Assembly: GCF_000341395.1 (NCBI RefSeq)
Contig: NC_020304.1
Span: 2,550,001-2,582,000, forward strand
Direction of reading: 5' to 3'
DNA: 32,000 bases
Origin: Desulfocapsa sulfexigens DSM 10523
GTDB lineage: Bacteria > Desulfobacterota > Desulfobulbia > Desulfobulbales > Desulfocapsaceae
Shown: positions 26,258 through 32,000 of the stretch, one piece after another
How positions within the stretch are numbered: position 1 is the first letter of the stretch
Layout: each line of letters opens with the position of its first letter
Position numbers and translations under genes: made by a program
The notes under the pieces: model-generated
What the model was told of the DNA's origin: nothing
The model's database searches: none
Seen by the model: only the letters and a program-made list of their open reading frames with translations

Positions 26258-28333
26258 ATGCCTGAATTACTTTTTGAGATTGGAACTGAAGAACTGCCGG
26301 CCGGGTTTCAAAAACCAGCCCTCGACCAGTTGAAAGAGAATTTTATTGCCAGGGCAAGGGAATTGAAAATTGCTCATGGTTCAGTGAGTACCTTAGGAAC
26401 TCCGCGTCGTCTTGCATTACTGGTCGAAGATCTGGTTGATTCACAGCCTGATTCACGAAATGAGCTTATGGGGCCTTCCAGGCAGGCGGGGTTTGATGGC
26501 GAAGGGAATGCTACCCGGGCTGCCATAGGTTTTGCCAGTTCCAGGGGGGCAGATGTCAGCGATCTCAAAGTCGTTGAAACAGATAAGGGCGAGTACCTGA
26601 TGCTCGTTCAGGAAATAAAAGGGGTGGCGACAACGGAGCTGCTTCCTGACCTTCTCAATGGTTTGATGATGGGGTTCTCTTTTCCCAAATCCATGCGCTG
26701 GGGAAGTCATAGCATTTCCTTTGCCAGACCTGTTCAATGGCTCGTTGCTCTTTATGATAGTGAGATTGTTCCTTTTTCCTATCAGGGCACGGCAGCATCA
26801 GATACGAGTCGAGGTCATCGTTTTATGGCTAATGAAGATGTGAAAGTAGATGATATTGCCAGCTATAAGAAGAATCTTCAGAATGTCTTTGTTGTGGTTG
26901 ATCAGGCTGAACGGCGAAGTTTGGTGCTGACCGAGATAGAGAAGGCGGTTTCCGAAACACTTGATGCAACGGTTGCAAGGGTTGCTGTTGATGAAGCACT
27001 GGTTGATACCGTCTGTAACCTCGTGGAAAAACCCTACGGTGTCTGTGGCAGTTTTGATGAAAAATTTCTGCAGTTACCGGATGAGGCACTTATTACATCC
27101 ATGCGGGAGCATCAGAAATATTTTCCCGTGGTTGATAATGAAAATAATCTTCTTCCCCACTTTGTGGCGGTAAACAATACTGATGTTAAGGATATTGCCT
27201 TGACCCGTGCCGGCCATGAACGCGTTTTACGGGCACGTCTGGAGGATGCATTCTTCTTTTTTTCAGGTGATAAGGAAAAGAAACTTGAAGAGCGCGTGGA
27301 TGCCCTTACCGGAATTATCTTTCAAGCAGAACTGGGAACCATGCTTGAAAAAACAGAGCGTATTGTGAAGCTTGCAGGTCTTCTTGCTGAGCAGTTTGCA
27401 CCTGACTCAGTCGATGATGCCTGTCGTGCTGCCCGCTTATGTAAGACCGATCTTCTCACTGACATGGTAGGTGAGTTTCCTTCCTTGCAGGGAAATATGG
27501 GCTGTGCCTACGCTCTGCAGGACGGCGAGTCACAGGCTGTGGCTCTCGCCATTCAGGAACACTACTTTCCCAAACGTGCAGGTGCGGAACTTCCGACCTC
27601 CTTGCTGGGTGCTGTGGTAGGGCTTGCCGACAGGATTGATACGATTAGCGGTTGTTTCGGGATAGGTCAGGTTCCTACGGGAACAGCTGATCCCTTTGGA
27701 TTACGTCGTATTGCTCTTGCTATCCTCCATCTTATAGAGCACTTTGAACTGTCTCTGTCTCTGCATGATGTGGTGCATAAAGCTCTCTCCCTTTATGGGG
27801 ATAAGGTTAACGGTGGTATGGAAACCGTGCGACAGGTTGTTGCTTTTATCCGTGGTCGATTTGTCAATGATCAACTCTCTCTCGGTGTCGATGCTGAGGC
27901 AGTTGAAGCTGTAACAACGGTTGCGTTTGATGATGTTAATGATAGTCTGTTGAAAATTCAGGCACTAAGCGCAATTCGTGCTAAAGAGGATTTTGCGGTT
28001 CTTGCCGCCTCATATAAGCGTATTTGCAATATCATTAAAGTTAATAGTGCAACGGATGTGCAGGAAGCTCTTCTTACTGAAAAAGCCGAGCAGAATCTGG
28101 CGTCGATTTTTGGAAAGCTTGCTGAAGAGGTTCAGCCCCTGCTTGCTGCCCGTGATTACAATGGAGCCCTCGCAGCAATGCTGATTCTCAAAACACCCGT
28201 TGATGAGTTCTTTAATGAAGTAATGGTGATGGCGGAAGATGATGGGGTTCGTGCCAATCGACTTAATTTGCTTACAGCAATATCAGCCCTTTTCTTGAGA
28301 GTGGGTGACATTTCGAAAATGCAGGCTAGCTGA
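26258..28333 (+). CDS. glyS: Glycyl-tRNA synthetase beta subunit
   Basis: MPELLFEIGTEELPAGF start, FPKSMRWG, SLPTSLLGAVVGLADRIDT-like DR(I)DT region; full length 691 aa. Confidence 0.96.
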   Translation: MPELLFEIGTEELPAGFQKPALDQLKENFIARARELKIAHGSVSTLGTPRRLALLVEDLVDSQPDSRNELMGPSRQAGFDGEGNATRAAIGFASSRGADVSDLKVVETDKGEYLMLVQEIKGVATTELLPDLLNGLMMGFSFPKSMRWGSHSISFARPVQWLVALYDSEIVPFSYQGTAASDTSRGHRFMANEDVKVDDIASYKKNLQNVFVVVDQAERRSLVLTEIEKAVSETLDATVARVAVDEALVDTVCNLVEKPYGVCGSFDEKFLQLPDEALITSMREHQKYFPVVDNENNLLPHFVAVNNTDVKDIALTRAGHERVLRARLEDAFFFFSGDKEKKLEERVDALTGIIFQAELGTMLEKTERIVKLAGLLAEQFAPDSVDDACRAARLCKTDLLTDMVGEFPSLQGNMGCAYALQDGESQAVALAIQEHYFPKRAGAELPTSLLGAVVGLADRIDTISGCFGIGQVPTGTADPFGLRRIALAILHLIEHFELSLSLHDVVHKALSLYGDKVNGGMETVRQVVAFIRGRFVNDQLSLGVDAEAVEAVTTVAFDDVNDSLLKIQALSAIRAKEDFAVLAASYKRICNIIKVNSATDVQEALLTEKAEQNLASIFGKLAEEVQPLLAARDYNGALAAMLILKTPVDEFFNEVMVMAEDDGVRANRLNLLTAISALFLRVGDISKMQAS

Positions 28334-28373
28334 GAGAAGGGATTTGCTTGCTATAGGCGGTCTCGAATGAGAA

Positions 28374-28419
28374 TAAAAAAAGCCCACCCTCATATCTGTG
28401 AGGGCGGGCTTTTTTTTAT
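28374..28419. terminator. Bidirectional rho-independent terminator between convergent glyS and cytochrome c3 gene
   Basis: AAAAAAAGCCCACCCTCA-TATCTG-TGAGGGCGGGCTTTTTTTT; 12-bp stem with one mismatch, A-tract and T-tract flanks. Confidence 0.93.
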
Positions 28420-28458
28420 TTCAAATCTGCTTAACAGCAGACGCATCCTGAGAAGTTA

Positions 28459-28860
28459 TTATTTTTTAGGATGACAAACGGTACATTTGGCAAGGGCTTT
28501 GTCCGTTTTCTTGTGACATTCTTTACAGTTTGCGTGTGCAGCATCTTTAAAAGTGCTGAGTTTGTCAGGCATGCCTGCAGCTTTGTTGTGGCAGGACTCG
28601 CATTTTTCAATCTTCTGACCTTCAACATAGGCAACTTGCTTGCCGTCAGCATCCTTGGAGTGGTGGCAGTCACCACAGGTAAGTTTTTCCTGATGCTTTG
28701 CATGGGGGAAAACTGCTGGTTTGGCTTTTTTTGCCTTGTCGATGGTAGATTCAAGAGTTATCTCAGCAGGACCGTTTGCATCATTGGCAAAACTTGCTCC
28801 TGTAAAACAGAGCCCTAAAACCAGGGCTGTTGCTGCAGCGATCAGTGTAACTTTCTTCAT
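28459..28860 (-). CDS. Cytochrome c3 family tetraheme protein
   Basis: Signal peptide MKKVTLIAAATALVLGLCFTGASFA; CGDCHH, CESCH, CKECH, CTVCH; class III-like spacing with FPHAKHQ. The track ORF starts further upstream at 28896. Confidence 0.9.
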   Translation of the reverse strand: MKKVTLIAAATALVLGLCFTGASFANDANGPAEITLESTIDKAKKAKPAVFPHAKHQEKLTCGDCHHSKDADGKQVAYVEGQKIEKCESCHNKAAGMPDKLSTFKDAAHANCKECHKKTDKALAKCTVCHPKK

Positions 28861-28966
28861 TTTACATCCTCCTGTAAAAATAATGTGTTTCAGCATATGG
28901 CTGAATGGTCATTCACCTTGCAGATAGTTTCTACCTTTTTTTGTCGTTGTTGTCAAGAAATGGCCG

Positions 28967-29836
28967 TTAATTTGAACCATAACTGTGCAGGCCGGAGAGG
29001 AGAAAGTTTACTCCATAATAGGTAAAAATAACAGAAATGAAACCGAAGATTGCAAGCCAGGCTATCCGAGTTCCACCCCAGCCACGGGTGTAACGGGCAT
29101 GAAGAGTGATTGCATAGATAAACCAGGTGATAAGAGACCAGGTTTCCTTGGGGTCCCAGCTCCAGTATGTTCCCCAGGCCGAATTTGCCCATATGGCGCC
29201 GGTGATAATACCAACGGATAACCAGAGAAAACCGAACACCATGGTCTTATGGGTTATGTCGTCTATAACCTTCAGGGGAGGGAGAGTCCCGAGGAGGGAC
29301 TCATCATTTGTTGTCTGTCTCGTTTCACTCATGTTCTTGACCAGATACATGATTCCGAGTCCTGCAGCTACTGCGAAAGCAGCATAACCGATAAAACAGG
29401 TGATAACATGGGCAAGGAGCCAGTTTGACTGCAGAGCAGGGACCAGGGGGCTGATCTCCTTATTGATCCCGGTGGCAAATGAGGCGTAAGCCATGGCAAG
29501 AAAAGCGAAGGGTACTGCAAATGTTCCTATGACCCGGGTTTTAAATTTCCATTCAATAAGGAGGTAGAGTGCTATGATCGTCCAGGCGAAGAAGACCACC
29601 GATTCATACATGTTGGTAAGTGGGGCATGGCCATATCCAAGAGTGTAGGATTCCTGCCATCGGAGAAGAAGACCAGCAGTCTGTACGAGAAAGGCGACGA
29701 TGGTAAAGATGGTTGCAGCGGGGCCAAGTTTTTTTGCCTTGAATATAAAAATTATGGCATAAAGAATGGTGGAAAACATATAGGTGAATGTTGTAATGCC
29801 TAAAAGTTGTGAACTGTCCATATCGTGAAACTCCAA
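28967..29836 (-). CDS. Cytochrome c biogenesis protein CcsA/CcsB (heme handling, System II)
   Basis: Polytopic protein with the WGTYWSWDPKETWSLITWFIY tryptophan-rich motif. Confidence 0.92.
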   Translation of the reverse strand: MEFHDMDSSQLLGITTFTYMFSTILYAIIFIFKAKKLGPAATIFTIVAFLVQTAGLLLRWQESYTLGYGHAPLTNMYESVVFFAWTIIALYLLIEWKFKTRVIGTFAVPFAFLAMAYASFATGINKEISPLVPALQSNWLLAHVITCFIGYAAFAVAAGLGIMYLVKNMSETRQTTNDESLLGTLPPLKVIDDITHKTMVFGFLWLSVGIITGAIWANSAWGTYWSWDPKETWSLITWFIYAITLHARYTRGWGGTRIAWLAIFGFISVIFTYYGVNFLLSGLHSYGSN

Positions 29837-29856
29837 TGTCTACTTTTTTCTGTCGA

Positions 29857-31179
29857 TTACTTAGTGTCAGTTTCCAGGTCCGAGGAGAGACTGGTGAAAA
29901 TCCTTTCAAAACCGACTTTATTTTTATTTGCACTGCCGCTTACCAGGACTGTTGTTCCGTTGTCCTCTTGAGTGAGTAGTATCCATATACGTTTATGAGA
30001 CATAAAAAATGCCACAAAAAGTCCAAGGATCATTAGTCCACATCCAAGATACACAATCCATACTCCAGGATCTTTTGCTATCTGAAGTCCGGTTGCATAC
30101 ATCTGTTTTCCTGCGATGGTATATTTTTTTCCGGGACGCTCAACGGTTACCTGGTCTCCAGCTTTAAGCCAGAACGTTGAGGCTGGTCCCTGGTCGTCTT
30201 TAAACCACACCTTCATTCGTGTGATGGTCTGTCCCATTGCCTCGGCATTAATGATGCCAATACGGGCATTGTGTTTACTGAGTTCCTGCTGCTGTTGAAA
30301 GGGCATGGGCACGGTTTGAGTTTCGTTATTCTCCTGGTTGGTAACCGTCAGTAAAAAATCTTCATAGCCCTGATAGCTTGACTGGTAGAAAGTGATTCCC
30401 CTGTACGTTAAGGGATCATTGACAACGATCTCTTTTTTCACTGTTACTTTGTTGTCCTCAGATACCGTGAGCACAGATTTGTATGCTTTAGGCATACCGG
30501 AATCGTAAAATTCGATATCAAATCGGTCACAGCGCACCGTGAACCCGAGATCAATTGATTTTCCGGTACCAGTTTGAAAAATAGTATTGGTGGCCTGGGT
30601 TTCCGGTAACATTATCGATCCCTTGAATCCGTATAACTCACCAATTATGGCTCCAAGAAAAATAACAAGAATGGAAGCGTGAACGATATACACGCCGGTT
30701 CTGGTCATCGCACCCTTTTGAGCAAAAAGAAGGAGTGTGTCGTCACGTTTACGCTGGAACGCTTTCCAGCCTTTGGAAGAAAGGCTGTCGCTGAGCTCGG
30801 TGGCAAGGGTTTCTTCAGCTTTGTTAGATGTCCAGCTGGCAGATAAACGCATTTTCTGAATACGTTTTGGATCGGTTGCCAGGTTGTCGGCATTTATCTG
30901 CCGCCATACGCCTGGAAAACGGTCAATGGAGCAGATGATAAGGTTTGAGGCAAGAAGACCAAGTAATCCCAGGAACCACCATGAGTTGTACATATCAGGG
31001 ATGGAGAGAACTTGAAAAATTCTTGCAGTGGTTTCACTGTAATTCTGGGCGTACCAGCTCATACTTTCTTTCTGGGGTATTACTGTTCCGATGATGGAAG
31101 TGACCGCAAGAAGAAAGAGAGTGAAAAGAGCTAGTTTAACAGAAGAAAAAAAGCTGAATAGGGGATTCTTTTTTTTCAT
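29857..31179 (-). CDS. ResB-like cytochrome c biogenesis protein (System II)
   Basis: FFSSVKLALFTLFLLAVTSIIGTVIPQ, GVYIVHASILVIFLGAIIG, GLQIAKDPGVWIVYLGCGLMILGL; adjacent to ccsA. Track ORF start 31239; M at 31179 looks more likely. Confidence 0.9.
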   Translation of the reverse strand: MKKKNPLFSFFSSVKLALFTLFLLAVTSIIGTVIPQKESMSWYAQNYSETTARIFQVLSIPDMYNSWWFLGLLGLLASNLIICSIDRFPGVWRQINADNLATDPKRIQKMRLSASWTSNKAEETLATELSDSLSSKGWKAFQRKRDDTLLLFAQKGAMTRTGVYIVHASILVIFLGAIIGELYGFKGSIMLPETQATNTIFQTGTGKSIDLGFTVRCDRFDIEFYDSGMPKAYKSVLTVSEDNKVTVKKEIVVNDPLTYRGITFYQSSYQGYEDFLLTVTNQENNETQTVPMPFQQQQELSKHNARIGIINAEAMGQTITRMKVWFKDDQGPASTFWLKAGDQVTVERPGKKYTIAGKQMYATGLQIAKDPGVWIVYLGCGLMILGLFVAFFMSHKRIWILLTQEDNGTTVLVSGSANKNKVGFERIFTSLSSDLETDTK

Positions 31180-31634
31180 TTGATCCTTGATAATAATTAT
31201 TAAATGGTTTTCTTTATCAGAATATTTCTGAAAAAGCAAGGTATTTGTCAGGTCTCACAGTATTTCTTTTGCTGCCTGTTATGTACCACGTTGTAGATGG
31301 TGATCGCAAATCTATTCATGGCTGGTCAGAAATTAACAGGTGTGGGCAGGTATGCATTGATACAGGTCAAAATTTAGTAATAAAGAAAAAATAAGGAATA
31401 TGTAAAATTACTAAGCCTTATCACCCCTGTCAATAAAGGTTTTTTTGTAGTCTTATGGCTTTTCAGGGGCTGGTAGGACCAGGCAGGTGCTTCTGTGGAA
31501 AAACACTTGCCATTCTTGCGGAAAACAGGTATAAAAAGCAGTTTCTCGTTTGTCAAAGGAAAATGAAAGAAATTTTTTTATGATATCCGAAAGTTGTAAA
31601 CTCTTTCGGAATCAAACCATATAAGGAGATCGTC

Positions 31635-31829
31635 ATGGCTAAAGTCTGTCAGATTTGTGGCAAAGGGCCTGCCACTGGAAATAATGTTTCTCATGCACAC
31701 AATAAAACCCGACGTCGCTGGTTGCCGAACCTCAAAAGAGTTCGCATGTTGACTTCAGGTGGCAGTGCTGTCAGGGCTCGTGTTTGTACCCGCTGTATTC
31801 GTTCGGGGGCAGTTGTTAAGCCTGCCTGA
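31635..31829 (+). CDS. rpmB: 50S ribosomal protein L28
   Basis: [33 protein letters not shown]...[10 protein letters not shown]. Confidence 0.95.
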   Translation: MAKVCQICGKGPATGNNVSHAHNKTRRRWLPNLKRVRMLTSGGSAVRARVCTRCIRSGAVVKPA

Positions 31830-31864
31830 GTAGAATTTTGGGTGGTGTATTTATGTAAGTTATT

Positions 31865-31900
31865 AAGGGTGATAAGGATTGATTCCTGGTCACCCTTTTT
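31865..31900 (+). terminator. Rho-independent terminator downstream of rpmB
   Basis: AAGGGTGA...AGGA...TCCT...TCACCCTTTTT hairpin with T-tract. Confidence 0.8.
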
Positions 31901-31920
31901 CTGTTTCAAAGGAGTTGGAT

Positions 31921-32000
31921 ATGAGTGAAGAGATAAAATTTCTCCCTCGTGAGGAGGCGCTGCAGCTGGTTGGGGCAATTCAGGAAGAAGAGGATATCCA
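31921..32000 (+). CDS. Partial ORF running off the window, unknown function
   Basis: ATG after GGAG: MSEEIKFLPREEALQLVGAIQEEEDI..., open to the window end. Confidence 0.55.
   Translation, partial: MSEEIKFLPREEALQLVGAIQEEEDI

Noticed and set aside
31281-31388. Short ORF MYHVVDGDRKSIHGWSEINRCGQVCIDTGQNLVIKKK upstream of rpmB
   Set aside because: Only 35 codons, no convincing Shine-Dalgarno and no recognised family; insufficient to call a gene.

Overview
Gene-dense bacterial chromosomal window. Protein content suggests a sulfur-metabolising Desulfobulbales-like deltaproteobacterium, but this is inference and was not tested by search. The main feature is a respiratory nitrogen locus at about 1-12.2 kb. 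It contains a response regulator and a histidine kinase with a c-type heme motif, divergent from a tetraheme cytochrome, a NrfC-like FeS protein, a NrfD/PsrC-like membrane subunit and an octaheme hydroxylamine-oxidoreductase-family (HAO-like) cytochrome. Two uncharacterised exported proteins follow, then a Nap operon (tetraheme NapM-like cytochrome, NapA, NapD, NapG, NapH). No NrfA, NapB or NapC is present in the window. I read this as a candidate nitrate-to-ammonium pathway that uses an HAO-family enzyme. The rest includes an SPFH/zinc-ribbon protein pair, a deaminase, a radical SAM/methyltransferase pair, TatB/TatC with a second NapH-like polyferredoxin, housekeeping genes (purA, rpoZ, dnaJ-like, moaC, dksA-like, galT, folE2, glyS, rpmB), and a System II cytochrome c biogenesis pair with a tetraheme cytochrome c3. 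I also found several inverted repeats and possible structured leaders. No CRISPR array, tRNA, rRNA, transposase or phage module was recognised.
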